From positions 1-39,519 of the forward strand of contig JBLNCY010000016.1 of assembly GCA_050261115.1 (NCBI GenBank): a stretch of DNA of 39,519 nucleotides. Reading direction: 5' to 3'. Each line of letters opens with the position of its first letter. The stretch's first letter is position 1. Both the position numbers and the translations under genes were made by a program. Shown piece after piece: positions 1-9,012 of the stretch. The stretch is from Methanocella sp. Its GTDB lineage: Archaea; Thermoproteota; Bathyarchaeia; Bathyarchaeales; Bathycorpusculaceae. A model generated the notes under the pieces. It did no database searches. It was not told the origin of the DNA and was given only the letters and a program-made list of their open reading frames with translations.

Positions 1-368
1 CTTAGGCAAGAGTATCGCGAGACTCTACTCGCCGACTAGATATAAAAACCTGAAATACACCCCTTCCATGTGGGCTTTACGCTTCTTCAAGACAACCCCC
101 ACTGTTTTCAGCTACAAGGGATTATTCCCCCAAGCAAATTTTGCATTTGAACCCCACCGCCACAGCCAAAGGCGACTGTACGGTGACTGCAGACATCAGG
201 CAGGTGCCCTGTACCTCAAAATTGAAAAAACGTGACTCTTCATGAACTGGAAGTGATTAAACAAAACTGTCCAAACACGGGGATAGGAATTGCACCCCCA
301 ACAACCGGAGAATTCACCAAAAACATTTCGTTTTCTGAGACAGGCAGCATATGCAGGGAGTATCGGTT

Positions 369-480
369 GTTTCAATCCTTGTTATGTTGGATTAGCTTTT
401 TGGACGGGAGTAACAGGATGTTATGGGTGTCGTTGTTTAGTTTGTTTCAATCCTTGTTATGTTGGATTAGCTTTTTGGAC
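369..480 (-). CRISPR. CRISPR mini-array: 2 identical 37-bp repeats and one 38-bp spacer
   Basis: GTTTCAATCCTTGTTATGTTGGATTAGCTTTTTGGAC at 369-405 and 444-480, spacer 406-443. The repeat is the exact reverse complement of the repeat at 30215-31129. Oriented minus because the leader is on the right and the repeat then ends in ATTGAAAC. Confidence 0.93.
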
Positions 481-591
481 AGGGGACTTTTTGGGCTTAT
501 TTCCCGATTTAGAGCATTTTCCCCAGGCGATTTTAGAGGGTTATGTCCGTATCGATTAATTATTTGTTCCCTTATAAAGATACGGCTGTTT
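481..591 (-). promoter_or_regulatory. CRISPR leader, copy 1
   Basis: Abuts the repeat, contains CTTTATAAG (TATA-like) on the minus strand, and matches 30104-30214 in inverted orientation at 110/111 nt. Confidence 0.88.
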
Positions 592-632
592 TACGCACCC
601 CTTTTTACAAGCCACAGTATCTGCGTAGTCGT

Positions 633-1145
633 TTAGGGACAAATCTTTCTATAACAGCAGTTTAAGCATCGATTATCATGTTTCGAATAAGGCATATTGC
701 CCGTCTTTACGGTATGACTTGCTTTTTGGAGCGTTAGAAGCGCCTTTTGCTTGATTTTTTCAGTTATATTGACTTTTACTTCCACACGGGTCTTCTTGTC
801 AAAAACTACGATATCCTGATTGACCTTTTTCCCAGTGTTTTCCTCTGCCAAAATAGCTAGTAAACCCAACTGGGTTTTCACCGTTGGACCTATAACGGTA
901 TAATCAGAATATTTACGTTCTATAATCAGAATCTGACCTACTGTCTCAACAGCCTCATCAATCGTCCCAGAAAACAAATACTTTTGTGAATAAAGCAGAA
1001 GTTCAGTTCGTTTGGAATGCCCGACCAGCTTGAACCGTACCCCGTTTGCCTTCTCTCTGTTCAATTCCTAAAACCAATTGAAAATAGGTAATCTTGGACA
1101 GAAAGCATGTTCCACTGCATTAGTTACAGTGAGGTAATTACTCAA
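633..1145 (-). pseudogene. cas4: cas4 pseudogene (two frame disruptions)
   Basis: TTG at 1145 gives MSNYLTVTNAVEHAFCPR. After a shift near 1090 it reads TYFQLVLGIEQREGKRGTVQAGRAF. After a second shift near 1015 it reads KRTELLLYSQ...GTID...IIERK...RCLNCCYRKICP (Cas4 N-terminal Cys, D..ExK nuclease motif, C-terminal CxxCxxxxxC). Confidence 0.85.
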
Positions 1146-1261
1146 AGAACCATACTCTCCAAATCATTAGCGACATATTCCTTGTCAAATCCACGACCGA
1201 TAATTGTAACCTTCCCAAAGCATTTCTGGCAGGCTAAAATCAGATATACAGTTTCGCTAAC
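1142..1261 (-). pseudogene. cas2: cas2 C-terminal remnant
   Basis: Minus strand reads VSETVYLILACQKCFGKVTIIGRGFDKEYVANDLESMVL*, which resembles archaeal Cas2 C-termini. Its TGA overlaps the cas4 TTG. An in-frame TAG lies at ~1277-1279 and no N-terminal portion is recognisable. Confidence 0.65.
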
Positions 1262-1418
1262 CAAACCAAAACCTACCTACTCTGGCACACCAAAAGCAAC
1301 TAAACGCTCAACTAACACCCTCTTATGCAATAAGGTTTCCTTTATTTTTAGAGGGTTTTCTAGTCAATTATATATTCTAGGTATTTTCATAGTTTAGACC
1401 TAATTTAGGAGAATTATC

Positions 1419-2963
1419 ATGGTCGCGCCTTCACCGCGTCCAGGCAAGAAAACCAAGAAACGGGTTCCTGCCTCCTTCTTGCAGCTAAACCCCTACCCAA
1501 TAGTAGAGGTGACTCTTGAAGGTGACCTCATCTACGCAAATCCCCCCGCAGAAGAAGCGTTCCCCGATCTGGCGCAACAGGGTTTGAAGCACCCAATGTT
1601 TGCTGAGTGGCAGAAAATGCTCCAACCCCTTAAGAGAGAACATACTCTTAGAAGAGAAATCCAGATCGGCAAACACTGGTTTATCCAACAATTCATCTTG
1701 ATTCCTGACACACAAAGAGCAAGGATTTATTTCACTCCCATAGACGAGTTAAAAGCTACCCAACGAGAACTTGAAAAAGAAAAATGTATCCTACAAACAC
1801 TAATGAACGGCTCAAAAAACGTTCACCTCGTCTACTTAGACAGGGACTTCAATTTTGTGCGGGTTAACGAGACATATGCCAAGGGCTGCGGCTACCAACC
1901 GGAAGAATTAGTTGGGAAAAACCATTTCAAACTCTTTCCCCACTCCGAAAACGAAAATATATTCAAAAAAGTCAGAGAAACAGGGGAACCTGTGGAATTC
2001 AAAGATAAACCATTCATCTTTCTAGATCAACAGGATAGGGGGGTAACGTACTGGGATTGGACATTGCATCCTGTAAAAAATTCAGACGGGCTAGTGGAAG
2101 GGTTTGTGTTATCGCTAATTGAAACCACGGAGCGCAAGAAAATTCAGAACAAGCTCCAAGTAAACGCCTATATACTGCAGCAATACGCAAACAATATGGA
2201 AGCACTGGCAAAGGCGAGAGCTAAGCAGTTAAGTCAAGTTGAGCGCCTCGTAGCTATCGGCCAAACCGCCGGTATGGTGGGCCATGACATCCGCAACCCC
2301 TTGCAAGCTATAGCGGGTGAACTCTATCTCTGCAAAGAAGAAGTTGAGACAATATCCAATGAAGAAGCTAAGAAGAATATGCGGGAAAGCCTGCAGAGTA
2401 TCGAACAGAACCTTTTCTACATCGACAAAATAGTTGCTGACCTCCAAGACTTTACAAAACCACTTAACCCTTGCCGGGAAAACGTCAACATAGAGAACAC
2501 CATAGAGGAAGCGCTCCTTATAGTAAACATTCCTAGCAACCTCGAGGTTAACATACATATCCAAGAAAACTTTCCGCTTCTATATGTAGACCAATCTATG
2601 CTCAAACGAGCATTAACTAACCTCATCCAAAACGCAGTACAAGCCATGCCAGACGGTGGCACCCTAAAAATAGTAGCGCAATATAACAATGGAGTGGCCT
2701 ACATCAGCATATCCGATACCGGCGCAGGCATCCCACCTGAAATCCAACCTAAACTTTTCACGCCGCTTTTTACAACCAAATCCAAAGGACAAGGTTTCGG
2801 GTTAGCCGTTACCAAACGCCTCATAGAAGCCCAAAACGGCACCATAACGTATCAGACAAAAACAAACCATGGCACAACCTTTACCATCCAGCTACCGACA
2901 ACGCAACCAGTGAGAAATAGCGATGGATCACGGCAGTTTGACGCCCAGACTCCGCCAAGATGA
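1419..2963 (+). CDS. PAS-domain sensor histidine kinase (cytoplasmic)
   Basis: Two PAS-like segments, H-box MVGHDIRNPLQAI, N-box NLIQNAVQAM, DTGAGI, FTTK, GQGFGL. AGGAG SD upstream. Confidence 0.93.
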   Translation: MVAPSPRPGKKTKKRVPASFLQLNPYPIVEVTLEGDLIYANPPAEEAFPDLAQQGLKHPMFAEWQKMLQPLKREHTLRREIQIGKHWFIQQFILIPDTQRARIYFTPIDELKATQRELEKEKCILQTLMNGSKNVHLVYLDRDFNFVRVNETYAKGCGYQPEELVGKNHFKLFPHSENENIFKKVRETGEPVEFKDKPFIFLDQQDRGVTYWDWTLHPVKNSDGLVEGFVLSLIETTERKKIQNKLQVNAYILQQYANNMEALAKARAKQLSQVERLVAIGQTAGMVGHDIRNPLQAIAGELYLCKEEVETISNEEAKKNMRESLQSIEQNLFYIDKIVADLQDFTKPLNPCRENVNIENTIEEALLIVNIPSNLEVNIHIQENFPLLYVDQSMLKRALTNLIQNAVQAMPDGGTLKIVAQYNNGVAYISISDTGAGIPPEIQPKLFTPLFTTKSKGQGFGLAVTKRLIEAQNGTITYQTKTNHGTTFTIQLPTTQPVRNSDGSRQFDAQTPPR

Positions 2964-3237
2964 CTCCAGCCCTACGCTCTTACCCGCACCCCCTTGAGCG
3001 CATAACGTCCAAACTTAGGTTGCTCTCTCCCGAGCCTAGCCAGGTTCGCCTGCTAAACAGTGAAGCAACTTCCCTACGGAAGCCACCCACTGACCGCCAG
3101 CCCCAAAGGACGGATAGTCACTGGTTCGGAACTAAAGATCCAAGCGGCCTTAAACGCCTCATCTGCCGATGTCAGCCCGTCATGTAGAGGATTTACGGAG
3201 ATAATGGACCCCTAACCCACCGCTTAAGATCCATCGC
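2920..3237 (-). ncRNA. ffs: Archaeal signal recognition particle (SRP, 7S) RNA
   Basis: On the minus strand 5' GCGATGGATC pairs with 3' GATCCATCGC (318 nt). Contains Alu-like GGGTTAGGGGTCC, helix-6-like GCTTCC-GTAG-GGAAGT and helix-8-like CTAGGCTCGGGAGAGAGCAACCTAAG. TATA-like CTTAAA lies upstream. Confidence 0.9.
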
Positions 3238-3373
3238 CGCAAAATGAGAAGTACAGAACACGGTTTAAGTCTTTCGTAGACTCCCTTTACCTATTTCCCG
3301 AATTAATTAAGAATGCCCTTAAAAGGCTCCACAGACTATCAATATATGGACACCGTTTTTTGGAGAAACAAAC

Positions 3374-4615
3374 ATGCGCAAGCCTTTCCCCTACGAAGAA
3401 CCTGAGTCTTACAAATTATTAAGCGAAATCGACCAAATAGCCCAAACCGGCGCCAGCACGGTTGTCTCCATGGGGTCACAGAAAAAGATACCCTTCTCAT
3501 TAGACGACTTCAATTTCGTTCCTGCACAAATCGCCAAAATCCCACTCAACAGCAACCAACCCATAAACACCGCCGTAACCATTGGGCCACAAGCAAAAAA
3601 GCCCCTCACCGTGTCATCACCTATAATGTTTTCGGCAATGAGTTATGGGGCAGTTACAAAAAACGTTCGATTAATTCTCACACAAGTCGCCTCGAACCTT
3701 AATTTGGCGGTAAACACAGGCGAGGAACTGGTACTTCCCGAAGTAGAACTGGCAACGCCGAATTTGATTGTTCAGTACTCGACAGTTAGAACAGGGCTAA
3801 CAGAGGAGATCCTAAAGAGCGCTTCGGCGGTGGAAATCCGCTTTGGCCAAGGCGCCTATCCTGGCTGGAGAAGCCTTCTACCAGCCGCAAAGATACCCGA
3901 TGACATTCGGCAACTGCGAGGACTTGCCCCAGGCCAAGACGAACATGATTTAGCAAGCCACCCAGACATCCAAAACCCCGCTGAATTAGCGGCAAAAATT
4001 CGCTACCTCAAAGGCATAACCGACGGTGTTCCCGTGGGGGCAAAAATAGGCTGCGGCAACATAGAAGCCGACCTAGAGATTCTAGTGAGTTGCGGTGTAG
4101 ATTTTGTTTCTCTGGACGGGTTTGGCGCAGGAACAGGCGCAACCGAACGGTTTGCAAGGGAAAATCTCGGTATTCCCCTCATAGTAGCGATATCCCGAGC
4201 AAGACGATATCTAGCAAAAACAGGCAACACCGACAAGGTGAGTTTAATCGCCGGTGGCGGACTACGCACCTCTGCAGACTTCGCAAAATGCCTAGCACTA
4301 GGTGCCGACGCAATCTACACAGGCACAGCCACCCTTATCGCGTTGGGATGCCAGCAATACCGGATTTGCCACACGGGCAACTGCCCTCGAGGGGTAACCT
4401 CAAGCAAACCCGAACTCTCAAAGCTGCTCGATGTAGCTGAAGGGGTACGTCGGTTAACCAACTTCGTAAAGGTGTCTACTGCAGAGATGGCAAATATCGC
4501 TAGAATAGTGGGAAAATACGACTTGAGATTAATGGATATTGAGGATCTTGTTGCTCTAAAAAGGGACGCCGCGCAAGCCACGGGGGTAAGGTGGCTTAAC
4601 GGCGAAGTCTTGTAG
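3374..4615 (+). CDS. FMN-binding glutamate synthase family protein (stand-alone synthase domain)
   Basis: AMSYGA, NTGE, EIRFGQGA, DGFGAGTGA, GGLRT..DFAKCLALGAD and the 3Fe-4S motif CQQYRICHTGNCP. Confidence 0.9.
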   Translation: MRKPFPYEEPESYKLLSEIDQIAQTGASTVVSMGSQKKIPFSLDDFNFVPAQIAKIPLNSNQPINTAVTIGPQAKKPLTVSSPIMFSAMSYGAVTKNVRLILTQVASNLNLAVNTGEELVLPEVELATPNLIVQYSTVRTGLTEEILKSASAVEIRFGQGAYPGWRSLLPAAKIPDDIRQLRGLAPGQDEHDLASHPDIQNPAELAAKIRYLKGITDGVPVGAKIGCGNIEADLEILVSCGVDFVSLDGFGAGTGATERFARENLGIPLIVAISRARRYLAKTGNTDKVSLIAGGGLRTSADFAKCLALGADAIYTGTATLIALGCQQYRICHTGNCPRGVTSSKPELSKLLDVAEGVRRLTNFVKVSTAEMANIARIVGKYDLRLMDIEDLVALKRDAAQATGVRWLNGEVL

Positions 4616-5411
4616 CCTCTTTTAGCTCTCTTGCTGTTTTTTCCAGCGCTTTTAGCATGGCATCCTGATTACTGCTGTGACTGACGATTAAGTTAATGAA
4701 TGCACTGCCAACTATAGCTGCATCGGCCCCTGAAGTTATCACTCGCTTGACATGCTCAGGCTTGGAGATGCCAAAGCCCACAGCAAGCGGAACCTTGCCT
4801 GCGGTGACTAGCTGCACCTTTTTTATCAATTCGACAGTTGTATCTGCGACGGCGGCTTGGGCTCCAGTGACTCCAAAGCGTGAGACGAGATAGAGGAAGC
4901 CTTGGGATGCATCGACGATTTTTTGGAGGCGTTCTTCGCTTGTGGACGGTGAAGCAAGGAATATGGCGTTGAGGTTCGCGTCTTTGGCTGCGTTTCTGTA
5001 TTCGTCTGCTTCTTCCACGGGCAAGTCAGGTACAATAATGCCGTTTATGCCTACAGATTTAGCTTTTGTTAGGAACTGTTTGACGCCGTACTTGAAGACA
5101 GGGTTGTAATATGTCATGATGACGATGGGGATGTCATGCTGGCTTCTGATTTCTCGGGCAATCTCTAGCACTTTAGTTGGCGTGGTTCCTGCTTTTAATG
5201 CACGTAGGCTTGCGTTTTGTATCGTGGGGCCATCGGCGATTGGATCAGAGAATGGCAGCCCTAACTCTAATATGTCTACGCCACCTCGGATAAGAGCGTC
5301 TGCGATTGCGGGGGTCTGCTCTGGGGTGGGGTCGCCTGCGGTTATATAGCCGATAAGGCAGCCGCTATCTTGTTGCTTCTGGTTTTGGAAAACCTGCTGT
5401 ATGCTGTTCAT
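4596..5411 (-). CDS. trpA: Tryptophan synthase alpha chain
   Basis: [40 protein letters not shown]. Confidence 0.97.
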   Translation of the reverse strand: MNSIQQVFQNQKQQDSGCLIGYITAGDPTPEQTPAIADALIRGGVDILELGLPFSDPIADGPTIQNASLRALKAGTTPTKVLEIAREIRSQHDIPIVIMTYYNPVFKYGVKQFLTKAKSVGINGIIVPDLPVEEADEYRNAAKDANLNAIFLASPSTSEERLQKIVDASQGFLYLVSRFGVTGAQAAVADTTVELIKKVQLVTAGKVPLAVGFGISKPEHVKRVITSGADAAIVGSAFINLIVSHSSNQDAMLKALEKTARELKEATRLRR

Positions 5412-6604
5412 ATTTTTGCACCTGTGTATTTGGCGATTGTTTCTACGTCTTTGTCGCCTCTGCCTGAGAGAGTGACGACAATCGACTGGGTCTTTTCCAT
5501 CTTTGGCGCAAGTTTAATAGCGTGCGCTAATGCATGTGAGGATTCAAGCGCGGGCAAGATACCCTCTTCTTTGCAAAGCATCAAGAAAGCGTCGACTGCT
5601 TCTTTGTCGTTGGCATACACGTATTCTGCTCGTTTAATGGTTTTTAGGAAGGAGTGTTCAGGGCCGACGCCAGGGTAATCCAGCCCAGCTGAGACGCTGT
5701 GGGTTTCTGCGATTTGGCCATGCCTGTCTTGGAGCACGTAGGTATACATGCCGTGGAAGATGCCCTCGGTGCCTGCGGATAGTGTTGCTGAGTGCTTGTC
5801 GGATTCTATGCCTTCACCTGCCGCTTCAACGCCATAGAGCTTAACTTCTGCGTCATCTTCGAAGGGGTAGAAGGTGCCCATCGCGTTGCTTCCGCCACCT
5901 ACACAGGCTACTAATGCGTCAGGTAAGTTGCCGGTTTTTTGTTTGAATTGCTGCTTGATTTCTCTACCGATGACGCTTTGGAAGTCTCGCACCATCATTG
6001 GATAGGGGTGAGGCCCCATGGTGGAGCCAATTAGGTAGTAAGTGGAATCCAGGTTAGTTACCCAGTCGCGAAAAGCCTCATTAATAGAGTCCTTTAGCGT
6101 TTTAGAGCCTGAATCTACGGGGTGAACCTCGGCGTTTAGCAGTCGCATACGATAGACATTTAGCCGTTGACGCTCGCAGTCCTCGGTACCCATATACACT
6201 ATGCATTTGAGTCCAAGCGCGGCGCATGCTATGGCTGTGGCGACTCCATGTTGACCCGCTCCAGTTTCAGCGATTACTCGGGTCTTGCCCATACGCTTAG
6301 CCAACAGCGCCTGAGCCAGGGTATTGTTGATTTTGTGCGCTCCGCCATGTGCGAGGTCTTCTCGTTTGAGGTAGATTTTTGCGCCACCCAGCTTTCGACT
6401 AAGGTTCTCTGCTAAGTAAAGCGGGGTTGGCCGCCCAACGAATTCGGCAAGGTAATAGTCAAGTTGCTTTTGGAACGAGGGGTCGGCTTTAGCTTCATTG
6501 TAGGCTTTTTCTAATTCTGTGATGGCTTCCATGAGCACCTCGGGTACAAAGCGTCCGCCATATTTGCCGTATTTACCGTCGATGGGGTAACTGCTAATTT
6601 TCAT
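5408..6604 (-). CDS. trpB: Tryptophan synthase beta chain (TrpB1 type)
   Basis: [15 protein letters not shown] (PLP lysine), [36 protein letters not shown]. Confidence 0.98.
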   Translation of the reverse strand: MKISSYPIDGKYGKYGGRFVPEVLMEAITELEKAYNEAKADPSFQKQLDYYLAEFVGRPTPLYLAENLSRKLGGAKIYLKREDLAHGGAHKINNTLAQALLAKRMGKTRVIAETGAGQHGVATAIACAALGLKCIVYMGTEDCERQRLNVYRMRLLNAEVHPVDSGSKTLKDSINEAFRDWVTNLDSTYYLIGSTMGPHPYPMMVRDFQSVIGREIKQQFKQKTGNLPDALVACVGGGSNAMGTFYPFEDDAEVKLYGVEAAGEGIESDKHSATLSAGTEGIFHGMYTYVLQDRHGQIAETHSVSAGLDYPGVGPEHSFLKTIKRAEYVYANDKEAVDAFLMLCKEEGILPALESSHALAHAIKLAPKMEKTQSIVVTLSGRGDKDVETIAKYTGAKI

Positions 6605-7380
6605 ATGGTATTCACTAACTCCTCAACTTTACTTTTGATATCTTTTGCTAACATTATGCTTGAACCAACCAGAAATGCGTCGGCTCCGCAGCCGCGCAGA
6701 AACTGCAGGTGTCCGGGACTCTTTATGCCGCTTTCGCTTATGATGGTGTAGCTTTGTTTGCCCTGTGCCGATAGGATTTGCTGTGTGGTTTTGAGGTCGA
6801 TTTTTAGAGTGTCAAGGTTTCGGTTGTTTATGCCGATGAGGTCAGCGTCTGTTTGCAGCGCCGTTTTGTATTCGGCTTCGGTGTGGGTTTCAAGCAGAAC
6901 CTCCAAACCTCGGTTGTGTGCGTAAGAGATCATTTCTTTAAGTTCTGTTTCGCAGTGGCCTTTGTCGAATAGGGCTTGCATGAGCAAGCATGCGTCGGCG
7001 CCAAGTGCGACGGCTGCATCTATCTGCTCAGTAGAGACGATTATGTCTTTCATTAAAATCGGTAGCTTGACAGAGTTTCTTGCTTGTATCAGTGTCTGGA
7101 GTGAGCCGTTGAAGTGATTGGGTTCGGTCAGGATGGAGAGGCCGATTGCGCCGCCTTGCTGCATCGCCGTCGCTATCTGGGCTGGGTTAATACTGCTGCG
7201 TATGGTTCCTAGTGAAGGTGATGCGGCTTTGATTTCAGTTATGACGGCGTTGGTTTTGCAGTTCTGGATTGCCTGTTTTAGGCTAGTTGGGGTATGGTTT
7301 TTAGGTGGAATGTTTCTGTAGTAGCCGCTTTGGATGGTTTTTTTTGCGCCCAGTGCTAGGGTGTCTAGGAAGTTATGCAT
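6601..7380 (-). CDS. trpC: Indole-3-glycerol phosphate synthase
   Basis: [35 protein letters not shown]. Confidence 0.95.
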   Translation of the reverse strand: MHNFLDTLALGAKKTIQSGYYRNIPPKNHTPTSLKQAIQNCKTNAVITEIKAASPSLGTIRSSINPAQIATAMQQGGAIGLSILTEPNHFNGSLQTLIQARNSVKLPILMKDIIVSTEQIDAAVALGADACLLMQALFDKGHCETELKEMISYAHNRGLEVLLETHTEAEYKTALQTDADLIGINNRNLDTLKIDLKTTQQILSAQGKQSYTIISESGIKSPGHLQFLRGCGADAFLVGSSIMLAKDIKSKVEELVNTI

Positions 7381-8431
7381 ATTTTGTTTCTAGCTCCGTT
7401 AGTTTAGTTGGGTTGCTGCCTGAGGCTTCTATGAGCTCTTTTAGTTTAGCGTATGCGGCGCCGCTGTCGATGGATTGCTGTGCTAATTCAAATCCTTCTT
7501 TGAAGTCAGACGCTTTGCCTGTAACCATGATTCCGGCTGCAGCATTGATAAGCACAAGGTCTACTTTAGCGGTGCTTTTTTCTTTTCCAGTTAGAATTTT
7601 GAAGAGTATGTGGGCGCTTTCTTCTACTGATGCGCACAGCAAGTCGCTTATTTGAGCCTGTGTCAAGCCGAAATCAGCCGGCGTGAACTCAGTTTTGCAA
7701 ACGTTTCCATTTTTTAGGTGGGCGATAACGGTTTTTCCAACAGTGGAAATCTCATCTAATCCATCAAGTCCATGTACGACCATGGCTTCTTTGCAGCCCA
7801 ACTTTTGTAGGGCAAAGGCGATTGGGACTACGAGTTTTTGGTCGTATACACCCAGGATTTGTGCGTCGGCGTTGGCAGGGTTAGTAAGTGGACCCAGCAA
7901 GTTGAAGATTGTGCGGATGCCGATTTCTCGTCGAGGTTCAGCTGCGTACTTCATGGCTGGATGGAACGCTGGTGCAAACATGAAACCTACCCCAACTTTT
8001 TCGATTATACCAGCTGTATTTTGCGGCTCTAACGCAAGGTTTAACCCGAGATACTCAAGTACGTCGGCGCTCCCACATTTGCTAGTGACCCCACGATTGC
8101 CATGTTTGGCCACACTGACGCCTGCACCTGCAATCACTAATGCCGCGGCGGTGCTTACGTTGAAGGTTTTAATTTTGTCGCCGCCTGTACCGCAGGTATC
8201 CAGAAGTCGCCCTTGGACTTTGGGGCGAATTTGGCGGCAGTGTCTCTTCATTACTGAGGCAAAGGCGATAAGCTCTTCAACTGCTTCTCCTTTTGCGCGT
8301 AGTGCGGTTAGGAAGGCGGCGGTTTGGTTGCTGGTGGCTTGGCCTGACATGACTTCTGTCATGATGGTGGCTGCCTCTTCATAGGTGAGGTGGTTGCCTT
8401 CGACGAGTTTCTGTATACCTTCGCGTATCAT
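7373..8431 (-). CDS. trpD: Anthranilate phosphoribosyltransferase
   Basis: DTCGTGGD, FNVST, KHGNR..TSKCGSAD, RTIFNLLGPLTNP, DGLDE. Confidence 0.97.
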   Translation of the reverse strand: MIREGIQKLVEGNHLTYEEAATIMTEVMSGQATSNQTAAFLTALRAKGEAVEELIAFASVMKRHCRQIRPKVQGRLLDTCGTGGDKIKTFNVSTAAALVIAGAGVSVAKHGNRGVTSKCGSADVLEYLGLNLALEPQNTAGIIEKVGVGFMFAPAFHPAMKYAAEPRREIGIRTIFNLLGPLTNPANADAQILGVYDQKLVVPIAFALQKLGCKEAMVVHGLDGLDEISTVGKTVIAHLKNGNVCKTEFTPADFGLTQAQISDLLCASVEESAHILFKILTGKEKSTAKVDLVLINAAAGIMVTGKASDFKEGFELAQQSIDSGAAYAKLKELIEASGSNPTKLTELETKYA

Positions 8432-9012
8432 GGTTTTGCCTCCAAGAAGTTTTTGATTATGAGTTTGCCGTCTTCACAGAGGATGCTTTCGGGGTGGAAC
8501 TGGACACCATAGATGGGGTATTTGCGGTGGCGTATACCCATGATTTCGCCGTCGTCTACTGCTTCGGCGGTGATTTCTAGGCAGTCTGGGAGGCTGGTGC
8601 GTTCGCCTGCTAAGCTATGGTAGCGTGTGGCGTTGAATGGGTTTCGGACGCCTGCGAAAATGCCTTGGTGGTTATGTTGGATGGTGCAGGTTTTTCCGTG
8701 CATGAGTTTTTTTGCGTGGGTGACTTTGCCGCCGTAGGTGTGTATGATTCCTTGGTGGCCTAGGCAGACGCCGAGTGTAGGGATGTTTGGGCTGAGTGTT
8801 TGTAGGATGGCTTTGCAGACGCCAAAGAAGTGCTCGTCTTCGGGGTTGCCGGGACCAGGTGAGATGACGATGCGCTCGGGTTTGAGTTTAGCGGCTTCTC
8901 GCAGCGTTATTTGGTCGTTTCGATAAACAACCGTCTCGGCTCTCTGTTCGCCGATGTATTGGACAAGGTTGTAGACGAAGCTGTCATAGTTGTCGATTAC
9001 AAGGACTTTCAT
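8428..9012 (-). CDS. trpG: Anthranilate synthase component II (glutamine amidotransferase)
   Basis: IDNYDSF, SPGPG, GVCLGHQ, RYHSL, QFHPES. Confidence 0.96.
   Translation of the reverse strand: MKVLVIDNYDSFVYNLVQYIGEQRAETVVYRNDQITLREAAKLKPERIVISPGPGNPEDEHFFGVCKAILQTLSPNIPTLGVCLGHQGIIHTYGGKVTHAKKLMHGKTCTIQHNHQGIFAGVRNPFNATRYHSLAGERTSLPDCLEITAEAVDDGEIMGIRHRKYPIYGVQFHPESILCEDGKLIIKNFLEAKP

Noticed and set aside
201-214. Partial similarity of spacer 11 (TACAGGGGCACCTG) to the minus strand here
   Set aside because: Only ~13 nt with a gap and unmatched flanks, compatible with chance.
279-297. Reverse complement GGGTGCAATTCCTATCCCC matches the tRNA-Cys 3' part at 17/19, suggesting an att site
   Set aside because: Short, inverted rather than direct, no integrase in the window, and the intervening genes are housekeeping.
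295-341. Possible third degenerate repeat left of the mini-array
   Set aside because: Only TTTTCTGAGAC loosely resembles the repeat end, and the implied spacer (27 bp) is too short.
232-636. ORFs 232-636 and 290-559, and likewise 30074-30334 and 30714-30938
   Set aside because: They translate CRISPR repeats and leader (recurrent FQSLLCWISFLD / FNPCYVGLAFWT) and are not genes.
2960-3187. 75-aa plus-strand ORF
   Set aside because: Lies entirely antisense to the SRP RNA.
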